Shown piece after piece: positions 27,320 through 38,053 of a stretch of DNA of 64,000 nt. Source of the DNA: Cytophaga sp. (GTDB lineage Bacteria > Bacteroidota > Bacteroidia > Cytophagales > Cytophagaceae); NCBI RefSeq assembly GCF_051961495.1, contig NZ_JBQCDF010000135.1, positions 1,372-65,371 of the forward strand, given 5' to 3'. The notes beneath the pieces were generated by a model. That model worked only from the letters and a program-made list of their open reading frames with translations, did not search any database and had not been told where the DNA came from. Both the position numbers and the translations under genes were made by a program. Numbering within the stretch: the first letter of the stretch is position 1; the number at the start of each line of letters is the position of its first letter.

Positions 27320-28363
27320 ATGGTCTTCGCCGATTATTTGCATGAAGGGTACATACCTTTTTTAATAATATTGGGAAGCAGTTTGTTGTTTGGTTTTATT
27401 TTAGACCGTTTCGTATTACGGATTTTTTTAAACCGGTTTAAAGAGAAGGATTCAATAGCGCAGGTTGTTCTCTGTGTATTGAGAGGCAAGGTAACATTCA
27501 TTGTATTTTTTATCGGTCTGTATATCGCCTTAGAAATATCCCCCCTCAGTCCGATTGCTATTAAATATACTGCATCCGTATGTGTGATTATTTTGATCAT
27601 GCTGTTCACGCGGGTGTTTTCGCAAATTGTGATCAACGCCATCAAAAATGCGAATGAAGACACCACGGGTGCTGTAAAAACGTATTCCATCATCATCAAC
27701 CTGGTGCGGATCGTTTTCTTTTGCATCGGTTTGCTGATCATATTGCGCACGCTGGATATATCCATTACGCCTATGCTCACGGCTTTGGGTGTAGCTTCCC
27801 TGGCGGTCGCGCTGGCCTTGCAGGATACACTGGGCAATTTGTTTTCCGGCATCAGCGTGATTGCGGGTAAAAGATTAAAACCGGGCAGCTATGTAAAACT
27901 GGAATCAGGACAGGAAGGCATCATAGAAGATATAAGCTGGAGAAGTACGGTGTTAAGAGAATCAAATGCCAACCGCATTATTGTTCCCAACCAGAAAATA
28001 GCCTCGGCTATTATTACCAACTATTCGTTAACAGAAGAGCATATTTTAGTGAAGCTGCCTGTGGGAATCGCTTATGGTTCGGATCTGGAACTGGTAACAC
28101 GGGCGGTGCTTGAAGAAGCGGTAAAAGTGCAGGACGAAGTGTTGGGTGAAAAAGAATATTTTGAACCCGTCTTCCGGTATACGGCCTTCAACCCAAGCAG
28201 CATCAACTTTGTGATCATTGCCAAAGCGCCGGATTACAACCGCCAGTTTGTTTTAACAGACAAACTGATTCGTGCGATTCATAAACGGTTTATACTTGAA
28301 AAAATAGACATTCCTTTTCCTGTTCAAACTGTTATCCTGAAAAAAGAAGATCAGAATAATTAA
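27320..28363 (+). CDS. mscS: Small-conductance mechanosensitive channel
   Basis: ALGVASLAVALALQDTLGNLFSG, G.IEDISWRST, IVPN, IDIPFP. Confidence 0.9.
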   Translation: MVFADYLHEGYIPFLIILGSSLLFGFILDRFVLRIFLNRFKEKDSIAQVVLCVLRGKVTFIVFFIGLYIALEISPLSPIAIKYTASVCVIILIMLFTRVFSQIVINAIKNANEDTTGAVKTYSIIINLVRIVFFCIGLLIILRTLDISITPMLTALGVASLAVALALQDTLGNLFSGISVIAGKRLKPGSYVKLESGQEGIIEDISWRSTVLRESNANRIIVPNQKIASAIITNYSLTEEHILVKLPVGIAYGSDLELVTRAVLEEAVKVQDEVLGEKEYFEPVFRYTAFNPSSINFVIIAKAPDYNRQFVLTDKLIRAIHKRFILEKIDIPFPVQTVILKKEDQNN

Positions 28364-28380
28364 GTTAAATAGCGACGCTC

Positions 28381-28436
28381 TTCTAAAATGAAAGAGTCGC
28401 CCTGATAGCTATCGGGGCGACTCTTTCATTTTAGAA
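28381..28436. terminator. 56-bp near-perfect palindrome, bidirectional terminator between mscS and the peroxiredoxin gene
   Basis: TTCTAAAATGAAAGAGTCGCCCTGATAG / CTATCGGGGCGACTCTTTCATTTTAGAA (one T.G pair). Confidence 0.8.
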
Positions 28437-28447
28437 TAAGTAAATAA

Positions 28448-29083
28448 TTACTTATTCGGTTGTGGCGTAGTTCTCAAATAAGGTTTCACACGGGTATAAC
28501 CTTTAGGAAATTTCGCTGCGATTTCTTCGTCTTTGATGGCAGGAGTAATCACAACATCTTCACCGTCTTTCCAGTTTGCAGGTGTTGCAACGCTGTAGTT
28601 GGCTGTTAACTGAAGAGAATCAATTACACGCAGGATCTCTGTAAAATTACGGCCTGTAGAAGCAGGGTATGTAATGATCAGTTTTATTTTTTTATCGTTA
28701 CCGATAATGAATAAAGAACGTACAGTGAATTTTTCACTTGCGTTTGGGTGGATCATATCATACAGCTCAGCAACTTTTCTGTTTTCATCTGCAATGATCG
28801 GAAAGTTGACCGTTGTGTTTTGTGTTTCGTTGATGTCTTTGATCCAGCCTTTGTGTGATTCTAAACCATCAACACTTAAAGCAGCAACTTTAACATTACG
28901 TTTTTCAAACTCTTCTTTCAGTTTTGCAGTTGCACCTAATTCTGTCGTACAAACCGGTGTATAATCTGCCGGGTGTGAAAATAAAACACCCCATTTATCG
29001 CCCAGCCATTGGTGGAAAGAAATTGGCCCTTCGGTAGTTTCTGCTGTAAAATCCGGAGCAATATCGCCTAATCGTAAACTCAT
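28448..29083 (-). CDS. 1-Cys peroxiredoxin (Prx6 family)
   Basis: FSHPADYTPVCTTELG, YPASTGRN, VATPANWK.G. Confidence 0.95.
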   Translation of the reverse strand: MSLRLGDIAPDFTAETTEGPISFHQWLGDKWGVLFSHPADYTPVCTTELGATAKLKEEFEKRNVKVAALSVDGLESHKGWIKDINETQNTTVNFPIIADENRKVAELYDMIHPNASEKFTVRSLFIIGNDKKIKLIITYPASTGRNFTEILRVIDSLQLTANYSVATPANWKDGEDVVITPAIKDEEIAAKFPKGYTRVKPYLRTTPQPNK

Positions 29084-29225
29084 GATCGTAAGTGTTTAAT
29101 GGTTAATTTTTCAACAAATAAAAGAATAATATTCTGATTTTTAAATTAGAATTTGACAATTCAAAATAATGTTCTGTTTCCAAAACTAATAAAAGGCTTA
29201 TTAAGTTCCAATGAAACGATCATTT

Positions 29226-29441
29226 TTAAGGTTTATCCTGCCTGTTTTTTTTCTTAAAATGCACGTAAAGCCGGTAGCTGGTATAAAGGAAAGCCATAAC
29301 AATCAGTACATCAATTAAAAAGGCAAAGCTCCTTTGGAAAGATGCGTATGCGGCATTATTAACCAGCTGTAATTTTATAAAAAAGAGTGTAAATATAAAT
29401 AAGGTTATGAGCCCGATGTTATTAAAGAAATCTTTTATCAT
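29226..29441 (-). CDS. Small two-TM hypothetical membrane protein
   Basis: 71 aa, two hydrophobic helices, basic C-terminus. Confidence 0.55.
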   Translation of the reverse strand: MIKDFFNNIGLITLFIFTLFFIKLQLVNNAAYASFQRSFAFLIDVLIVMAFLYTSYRLYVHFKKKNRQDKP

Positions 29442-29450
29442 GAGGTAGCA

Positions 29451-29729
29451 TTAATTCTTGCCTTGAATGATCAGGGCGTTGATTTCTTCAGATTGTTTTT
29501 TTGTAAACCCATTTACCTGAACAGAAGTGCTGTTAGTAAAGAATGTAAGTGTGCTGAAACCAACCAGCGGGTTATCAATGCTTACAGATACAATATCTAC
29601 ATAGCTTATGAACGTTGACCGGCTGTTGAATACGCCCGGCTCTTTGATCTTTATTCCATTTGGTTCAATATGTATTTCGGTCGGGAATAATTTATTACCC
29701 GAAGAAAGTCTGGAAGAGACGTACTTCAT
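29451..29729 (-). CDS. Small bacterial PH-domain-like protein
   Basis: 92 aa; LFPTEIHI..NGI.IK.PG.F...S..ISY.DI.SV beta-rich pattern. Confidence 0.6.
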   Translation of the reverse strand: MKYVSSRLSSGNKLFPTEIHIEPNGIKIKEPGVFNSRSTFISYVDIVSVSIDNPLVGFSTLTFFTNSTSVQVNGFTKKQSEEINALIIQGKN

Positions 29730-29736
29730 AAGCCGT

Positions 29737-31227
29737 TTACTTTAAGTAAATGATATCGCTGCTGCAGCCGTTTTCATCACAGGACTTGCAGGAAAGCATG
29801 CCCTTGAAGAATTCAGGCTTCAGTACTGATTTGCCAAGCAGCATACGGATACATTCCTGGATTCCTTCAATAATAGATGGGTGCGGATGAATCATGTCTG
29901 CCAGTTCTTCAACGCCTTTATCCATGGAAATCAAAAGCGCAACCGCCTGGATGGCGCTGGATGCATGCACGCCAACGGCACGCATGCCCAGGATCTTCAT
30001 TTCCGAGTCGTTGGTCACAAGGATTTTAAAGAACCCGTCGTTGTTGCGCATGGCAATGGCACGCGGTATCATGTCGTAACGGATTTTTACAACTTTGTAG
30101 GAAATTTTATTTTCAAGCGCACGCTGTTCATTCATGCCCACACCTGCAACTTCAGGCTGCACAAACATAATTGTTGATACGTTGTTGTAGGTAATAGCAT
30201 CGTGGCTCAGGCCAAACATTTTTTCAATCACATGCCTGCCTTCAAGCTCAGCTACATTTACCAATGCTACATCAGAAGAGATATCACCGGCAACATAAAT
30301 GTTGGAGATATTTGTTTGTCCGTCACTATTTTCAATATGCCCGTTTGGTAATACATTTACACCAACCTGCTCAAGGCCCAGGTTCTGTGTATTCGGCACA
30401 CGTCCTACAGATACCAGAACTTTTTCAACGCGGTGCATTTCTTTTCTGCCGTCGGTATATTCGATGATGTATTCAACTTCACCATCGACAATACGCATGC
30501 TCAGCAGGTTTGATTTTTTATGTACGGTGATGCCCTGCTTTTTCATGTTGGCTTCCACCACATCGGTCACGTCATCATCTTCAAACGGAAGAATGCGGGC
30601 AGCTTTATCAATGATATTTACAGAAGTATAACCAAAGTTGGAGAAGATGGTTGCCCATTCACAACCAATAACGCCGGCACCAAGGATTACGAGGCTTTTG
30701 GGGAAGTTCTCAAAATTTTCAACGCCATCGCTGGTAACAATAATCTTTTCATCGATAGGTATGTTTGGCAGTTTGCGCGGCTTGCTACCGGTAGCGATAA
30801 CAAAATTCTCTGCTTCAAAAACCTCCTCCTGCGTACCGGTAAGTACTTCAACCGTGTGCTGGCTCAGCAACCTTGCAGTACCTTTAATATATCTGAAACG
30901 GTTTGTCTGTTGCTTGGCAAGTGATTCGATCTGTCCTTCCAGGTGGAAGCGGCGATTAGCGATCCCTTCACGTACCTGGCGCAACACCTGCTGATAGGTT
31001 ACTGCGAAATGTTGGTCAGGACTGTATTGGGCTAAACGTTTGCGGGCTGTCTGGATATCCTTTGCAAGTTCCCAAAAGGTCTTGGATGATATGGCACCAT
31101 TGTATAGGCCGGCGCCGCCTACTTTATCTTTTTCAATTAAAATAACAGATTTGTCTAAATCCAGAGCCCTTATTGCTGCAGCATATCCTGCTGGTCCAGC
31201 ACCTATAATACAAACATCATACTTCAT
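29737..31227 (-). CDS. Class-I pyridine nucleotide-disulfide oxidoreductase family protein (Lpd/SthA-like) lacking the redox Cys pair
   Basis: GAGPAG FAD motif, ATGSKP, GAGVIGCE NAD motif, YVAGD, HPHPSIIEG; active-site loop GGAGLYNGAISSK. Confidence 0.88.
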   Translation of the reverse strand: MKYDVCIIGAGPAGYAAAIRALDLDKSVILIEKDKVGGAGLYNGAISSKTFWELAKDIQTARKRLAQYSPDQHFAVTYQQVLRQVREGIANRRFHLEGQIESLAKQQTNRFRYIKGTARLLSQHTVEVLTGTQEEVFEAENFVIATGSKPRKLPNIPIDEKIIVTSDGVENFENFPKSLVILGAGVIGCEWATIFSNFGYTSVNIIDKAARILPFEDDDVTDVVEANMKKQGITVHKKSNLLSMRIVDGEVEYIIEYTDGRKEMHRVEKVLVSVGRVPNTQNLGLEQVGVNVLPNGHIENSDGQTNISNIYVAGDISSDVALVNVAELEGRHVIEKMFGLSHDAITYNNVSTIMFVQPEVAGVGMNEQRALENKISYKVVKIRYDMIPRAIAMRNNDGFFKILVTNDSEMKILGMRAVGVHASSAIQAVALLISMDKGVEELADMIHPHPSIIEGIQECIRMLLGKSVLKPEFFKGMLSCKSCDENGCSSDIIYLK

Positions 31228-31681
31228 GCATCATCTCGTTTACATCACAAATTGCAAAAAAAATGAACAGTTGCCAATCTTTCTTTTCAAGGGGTTTAAT
31301 TTTGTACTTTTTTAATAAGTTAAAAATCACAGGTAATTTTTATGTTTTTGACATTAAAAAAACAATATCGATTAAAAAATGACCTCATATAGGCATTAAA
31401 TATACATAGATTACAATTTTAAGTTAAAAAATGAACCAATTTGTAATAAAATTGATATTTCTCATATACTTTTTATATAAAAACCTAATTTGTCACGATT
31501 TATATTAGATTAATTATATTATTTGAGTTGTGACACAATGTTAGAATCTGGGTAAAATAACCAGTTAAAAATGCTATATACGTTCTAAAATAAATATATA
31601 TAGTAAATATTTTGCGAATACAGAATATACCTATATATTGGCTAATATAAATTTAATTATATAAATAGAAAGGGCAATCTT

Positions 31682-33148
31682 ATGACATTTCAGAGCGGAA
31701 TATTTAATTCTTACAAGATAGACCCTGCCCATTTTGATGAGGCATGGACTCCGTCGGGAGATGTTCGAACACATTACAGGCATTTAATGGAAGCCTTTAA
31801 ACGTCTGGAATACGAAGAATATCTTAAAGTTGACCAGATTGCAAAAAGTAATTTATTCAACCAGGGTGTTACGTTCAATGTATATTCTGAAAAGGCTGAA
31901 GGCGTAGAACGATTGTTTCCTTTTGATCTTTTTCCCAGAATGATACCTGCTGAAGAATGGCAAACCATTGAACAGGGAATCAAGCAACGCAATAAAGCGA
32001 TTAATTTATTTCTTTGGGATATTTATCATGAGCAAAAAATTCTGAAAGATAAAATCGTACCTAAAGAATTACTTTTCAGTTCGCAGTTCTATAAAAAGGA
32101 AATGATAGGTATTGATCCTCCGGGTGGCATTTATATACACATTACCGGTACAGATATCATCAAGCACAGTGATGGTAAATACTATGTACTGGAAGATAAC
32201 CTTCGTTGTCCGTCGGGTGTAAGTTATGTCTTATCAAACAGGGAGACGATGAAGAAGATTTTTTCCAATCTTTTCAGCAGGTACCATGTAAAGCCGGTGA
32301 TGCAGTATACAGAGAAGCTTCTTTCAACGATCCGCTCTGTGGCCCCCGACCGCATTGATAACCCGATATGTGTTGTACTTACACCGGGTACCTATAACTC
32401 CGCTTATTTCGAACATTCTTTTCTTGCCCATCAAATGGGTATACAACTGGTGGAAGGCCGTGATTTATTTGTAGAAAAGAATTTTGTTTATATGAAAACG
32501 ATCCATGGGCCGAAGCGTGTAGATGTGATCTACCGCCGTGTAGACGATGACTTTATTGATCCCCTGGTATTTAATCCAAAATCAGTATTGGGCGTTCCGG
32601 GTTTAATGGCCGCTTACCAGGCCGGCAACGTTAATATCATCAATGCGCCTGGCACAGGTGTGGCCGATGATAAGGCTGTGTATACGTATGTACCAGACAT
32701 CATTAAATATTACCTGGATGAAGAACCGATTCTGAACAACGTACCGACTTATCGGTGCGAACGTCCGGATGAACTGAAGTATGTGCTGGAGAACATGCAT
32801 AACCTGGTTGTAAAACCGGTAGACGAATCCGGCGGATATGGTGTATTCATCGGGAACAGAAAAACAAAAGAAGAGATCGAAGAATACAAACAGCTGATTC
32901 ATGCGAACCCGCGTAAATACATTGCCCAGCCGATCATGTCACTCTCGGTTTTATCAACATTCATTGAAGAAACCAAAGAGTCTGAACAACGCCACATAGA
33001 CCTGCGGGCATTTGCGTTGATGGGCAAAGAAGAAACTTACGTACTGGACGGCGGCCTGACCCGGGTTGCGTTACAGAAAGGTAATCTTATTGTTAACTCT
33101 TCGCAGGGCGGAGGATCAAAAGATACGTGGGTTATAGAAAATTATTAA
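31682..33148 (+). CDS. Circularly permuted type 2 ATP-grasp protein
   Basis: LFPFDLFPR, VLEDNLRCPSGVSY, NSAYFEHSFLA, IYRRVDDDFIDP, NAPGTGVADDK, VKPVDESGGYG, HIDLRAF, VNSSQGGGSKDTW. Confidence 0.93.
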   Translation: MTFQSGIFNSYKIDPAHFDEAWTPSGDVRTHYRHLMEAFKRLEYEEYLKVDQIAKSNLFNQGVTFNVYSEKAEGVERLFPFDLFPRMIPAEEWQTIEQGIKQRNKAINLFLWDIYHEQKILKDKIVPKELLFSSQFYKKEMIGIDPPGGIYIHITGTDIIKHSDGKYYVLEDNLRCPSGVSYVLSNRETMKKIFSNLFSRYHVKPVMQYTEKLLSTIRSVAPDRIDNPICVVLTPGTYNSAYFEHSFLAHQMGIQLVEGRDLFVEKNFVYMKTIHGPKRVDVIYRRVDDDFIDPLVFNPKSVLGVPGLMAAYQAGNVNIINAPGTGVADDKAVYTYVPDIIKYYLDEEPILNNVPTYRCERPDELKYVLENMHNLVVKPVDESGGYGVFIGNRKTKEEIEEYKQLIHANPRKYIAQPIMSLSVLSTFIEETKESEQRHIDLRAFALMGKEETYVLDGGLTRVALQKGNLIVNSSQGGGSKDTWVIENY

Positions 33149-33160
33149 ATTGAATTGAGT

Positions 33161-34108
33161 ATGTTATCGAGAATCGCAGGAAATCTGTTCTGGATGGGTC
33201 GTTACCTTGAGCGGACAGAACATATCAGCCGATATGCGCAGACACATTATTTCTTCAGCATTGATGCACCGAAGTCAGTAGAAAAAGATCACATACTTGA
33301 ATCTGTTCTGAATATGGCCGGATCCTATGTAGAATATCTTGATGGCCATGGCAAGATGGAAACGCTTGAAGTAGCCCATTTTATTGGCCTGAATGAGTTT
33401 AACGCAGGGTCAATCAAACACTCTGTCATGAAAGCGCGCGAAAATGCCAGAGGTGCGAAAGATTCTATATCCAGTGAATTGTGGCAATCTGTAAATACCT
33501 ATTACCACTATGTGAACTCCATGGATAAGGCAACCTTCGCACAGATCGGTATTTATGAATTTTCTAAAAAGGTTTTGGAAGACATCTCTGTAATCAAAGC
33601 TAATATTGATAATTCATTGCTGCATGATGAAGTTTGGTCCATCATTCATCTGGGTCAGCACATTGAGCGCGCCACACAGGTGATCCGCATGATCGTTACC
33701 AAGATCAATGATATCAACCGTATTCCTAAAAAGGAATACTACAACATGCTTGAACTTTTTGAAAATATAAATTTATTGAAAAGTACACAGGCATATGATA
33801 TGTGCAAGATCTATTACCGGGAAGTACCGAGTATAAGCCATAGCCTTGAGTTTCTAACGTTGAACAGAAACTTCCCGAATTCCATCGTATACAATTTACG
33901 TCATATAGAAAATTGTCTGATGCGTATCACAAATGTATCGCGGCACCAGACAGACTCACTGGAGTTTTATGCAAGTAAACTGCTGGCCATGATACAATAT
34001 ACCTCTCTGCAGGAAATCGAGAAAGAGCCACTGGCGTTTTATCATGATCTGCTGAACAGGGTGGCCAAACTTGCTGATATGCTGGAGAAGAAATATCTCC
34101 AGTATTGA
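33161..34108 (+). CDS. Alpha-E domain-containing protein
   Basis: MLSRIAGNLFWMGRYLERTE and second GQHIERA motif; likely start at ATG 33161. Confidence 0.92.
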   Translation: MLSRIAGNLFWMGRYLERTEHISRYAQTHYFFSIDAPKSVEKDHILESVLNMAGSYVEYLDGHGKMETLEVAHFIGLNEFNAGSIKHSVMKARENARGAKDSISSELWQSVNTYYHYVNSMDKATFAQIGIYEFSKKVLEDISVIKANIDNSLLHDEVWSIIHLGQHIERATQVIRMIVTKINDINRIPKKEYYNMLELFENINLLKSTQAYDMCKIYYREVPSISHSLEFLTLNRNFPNSIVYNLRHIENCLMRITNVSRHQTDSLEFYASKLLAMIQYTSLQEIEKEPLAFYHDLLNRVAKLADMLEKKYLQY

Positions 34109-34198
34109 TACAATATCCGTAAGCAGGGTTCCGGAAAGTATTTTAGCTCTGATAAAATACGTATATTTCGACTCGAATTTCTATAATGCAAATTAAAT

Positions 34199-34924
34199 AT
34201 GACGTATTGTTTAGGCGTAAAATTAAAAGATGGCTTAGTTGCCATCGCCGACACACGAATTACCTCAGGTACCGATACTACAACAGCAAAGAAATTGTTC
34301 GTACACCAAAACGAGCAAGGCTGTTTATTTTTAATGACAAGCGGCTTACGTTCTGTACGCGATAAAGCAGTTACGTATTTTAATGAAGTTCTTAAAGATG
34401 AACATGTTGTTTACAACCAGCTGTATGAAGCAGTAAATGCTTTTGGTATGCAGCTGCGTAAAGTCGCAGAAGAGGACCGGGCTGCATTAAACATGGCCGG
34501 CTTTGCATTCAACCTGCATACAATTGTAGGCGGCCAATTAAAACATGATTCCGAACCGAAATTATTTTTATTATATCCGGAAGGAAACTGGATTGAAATG
34601 ACCCAGACTTCACCATTTATGATCATCGGTAACAGCGGCTACGGCAAGCCTATTCTAAACAGAACCGTTAAATATGAATCTACTTTACAGGAGGTATTGA
34701 AAGCTGGATTCTTATCTTTTGACTCAACCCGTGTTTCAGCAAACGACGTTGATTTTCCGCTGGATGTAGTTGTATATAATAGCGGTTCTTTCAAAATGAT
34801 TGAACATCGGTTTGAGAAAAAAGACATGGAAATTATTTCGAGCACCTGGGATACACAATTGAAAAAAGCATTGGATAGCGTACCAGAAGATTGGATGAAT
34901 GTCGTTTTTGATGGTAAAAAATAA
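34199..34924 (+). CDS. Proteasome-type protease (Anbu, Ntn hydrolase)
   Basis: N-terminal MTYCLG (Thr1 nucleophile), ADTRITSG, GYGKPILNR, SFDSTRVS...V.FPLD. Confidence 0.92.
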   Translation: MTYCLGVKLKDGLVAIADTRITSGTDTTTAKKLFVHQNEQGCLFLMTSGLRSVRDKAVTYFNEVLKDEHVVYNQLYEAVNAFGMQLRKVAEEDRAALNMAGFAFNLHTIVGGQLKHDSEPKLFLLYPEGNWIEMTQTSPFMIIGNSGYGKPILNRTVKYESTLQEVLKAGFLSFDSTRVSANDVDFPLDVVVYNSGSFKMIEHRFEKKDMEIISSTWDTQLKKALDSVPEDWMNVVFDGKK

Positions 34925-35026
34925 GATAAAAATTTAAAGCCTTTCTTTATTATCTGAGAATATTTCCTAACTTTATTAAATACTATAACTATAACCATTA
35001 TACTTTTAAATTAACCAACAACTATT

Positions 35027-35944
35027 ATGGCACAAGAAGAAACAAAAAAGAACAATAATCTGATTTTTATCATTATCATCCTGGCGTTGTTAGGGGTGAT
35101 CGGATACTTATTGTTCAATAACAATCAGAAGTCTGAGAAAATTGTTGAGCAGGAAAAAGAAATCGTATTGACAAACGATTCTTTAAAAATGAAAGTTGAA
35201 GAACTTGAAGGCTTACAATTACAGTACCACAGCTTACAGGCTCAGGCTGCTCAGTTAGGTCAGTCAAACGATTCATTGAATGCTAAAATTGCTGAATTGG
35301 ATAATGCCATTGCAAACCTGAAAAAAGGAAATGCTGTTAACATCAACAAATTGAATGCACAGATCGCTTCTTACAAAAAGGATCTGGAAGAGAAAGAAGC
35401 AGAGATTATCAAACTGCGTGAAGAAAACAAGAACTTAAGCTCTTCTATTGATACATTGAAACAGGATAAAGCAGTAATGAATGATTCAATCAACAACCTT
35501 CGTTCTGTACGTTCTGATCTTCAGCAGAAATATGAACTGGCTTCAATCCTGAAAGCTGAGAACATCAAAGTTACCGTGATCAATGCTAAAGCAAAAGAAT
35601 TGACAAGTGATGAATACAAAGCAAAAACGATTGATAAAATCAAGCTTACATTCAACCTTGCTGATAACAAAGTGGCTCCTAAAAATACGAAGACTCTTTA
35701 CCTTCAGGTAATCGAACCAAGTGGTGCTCCGTTGTTCGATAGCTCATTAGGTGGTGGTTTCTTCAAAACTTCTGAAGGAAAAGAAATTCCTTACACTGAA
35801 AAACAAAACATCGATTTCAACAATACAAACCAGTCAGTTACATTTGTGTATGCTAAAGGATCTGAATACAAGATTGGTACATATACATTAAAAATCTGGC
35901 AGGATGGCAACCTGATCGGTACAACGACATTGGTTGTTAAGTAA
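35027..35944 (+). CDS. Membrane-anchored coiled-coil hypothetical protein
   Basis: N-terminal TM helix, long heptad region, C-terminal beta-sandwich (G.YTLKIW.DG.LIG). Confidence 0.75.
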   Translation: MAQEETKKNNNLIFIIIILALLGVIGYLLFNNNQKSEKIVEQEKEIVLTNDSLKMKVEELEGLQLQYHSLQAQAAQLGQSNDSLNAKIAELDNAIANLKKGNAVNINKLNAQIASYKKDLEEKEAEIIKLREENKNLSSSIDTLKQDKAVMNDSINNLRSVRSDLQQKYELASILKAENIKVTVINAKAKELTSDEYKAKTIDKIKLTFNLADNKVAPKNTKTLYLQVIEPSGAPLFDSSLGGGFFKTSEGKEIPYTEKQNIDFNNTNQSVTFVYAKGSEYKIGTYTLKIWQDGNLIGTTTLVVK

Positions 35945-35953
35945 TCAGAAGCT

Positions 35954-35984
35954 GAATGCGAAATGCTTAAAGCCTAAGGCTTAA
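35954..35984 (+). repeat. 7-bp periodic array, TAAGGCT family (copy E)
   Basis: gaatgcg aaatgct taaagcc taaggct; 35958-35982 is identical to the reverse complement of 10675-10699. Confidence 0.8.
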
Positions 35985-35987
35985 TAT

Positions 35988-36027
35988 AAAAGAGTCCTGT
36001 TGATTCATTTCAGCGGGACTCTTTTTT
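35988..36027 (+). terminator. Intrinsic terminator
   Basis: AAAAGAGTCCTGTTGA...TCAGCGGGACTCTTTTTT. Confidence 0.8.
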
Positions 36028-36162
36028 ATACATACCTGGACACGATTAAATGATTTCAGGAAAACAGGATTTCGATTTGTAGAAATGGCAGGAAGTTGAA
36101 CAGTAAGAAGTAACGCTACTCCTGCCATAGTTGTACCTTTTCGGCCAACCACCCAATGAATA

Positions 36163-36208
36163 ATAATAAAAAAACCCGAAGAGATATCTCTTTGGGTTTT
36201 TTTATTAT
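36163..36208. terminator. Intrinsic terminator (ABC-F side, bidirectional)
   Basis: ATAATAAAAAAACCCGAAGAG-atat-CTCTTTGGGTTTTTTTATTAT. Confidence 0.8.
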
Positions 36209-36224
36209 AGGTAATTTCTTTAGT

Positions 36225-36312
36225 CTCTGTACTCTATACTCCGTACTTTATACTTGTACTCTCCGTACTCTATACTCTCGTCTGGAAACCAGTAACTAGA
36301 ACCTGGCAACTA
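36225..36312 (-). repeat. GAGTACA-family 7-bp array followed by a second heptamer array
   Basis: Reverse complement reads agttgcc aggttct agttact ggtttcc ... gagtata gagtacg ga gagtaca agtata aagtacg gagtata gagtaca, starting just after the ABC-F stop. Confidence 0.75.
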
Positions 36313-36313
36313 A

Positions 36314-37936
<1,623 letters not shown>

Positions 37937-37951
37937 TCATTTATTGAGGTA

Positions 37952-37959
37952 CAAAGGTA
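37952..37959 (-). promoter_or_regulatory. Bacteroidota -7 promoter box for the ABC-F gene
   Basis: CAAAGGTA on + = TACCTTTG on minus, about 22 nt upstream of the ATG. Confidence 0.55.
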
Positions 37960-38053
37960 CAAAAAAGCCAACAATCAAGTAAGCAGAACCTTAAAAAATG
38001 AATAATCCCTGAAACTGGCCTCCCCATGCTCTCTCCTTGTATTCAGGTCTTTA

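Noticed and set aside
34109-34186. YNIRKQG... reading after alpha-E as a transglutaminase relic
   Set aside because: Only about 4 residues resemble a transglutaminase N-terminus; too short to support.
35967-36152. 61-aa minus-strand ORF
   Set aside because: Runs through a terminator and a repeat array; no coding evidence.
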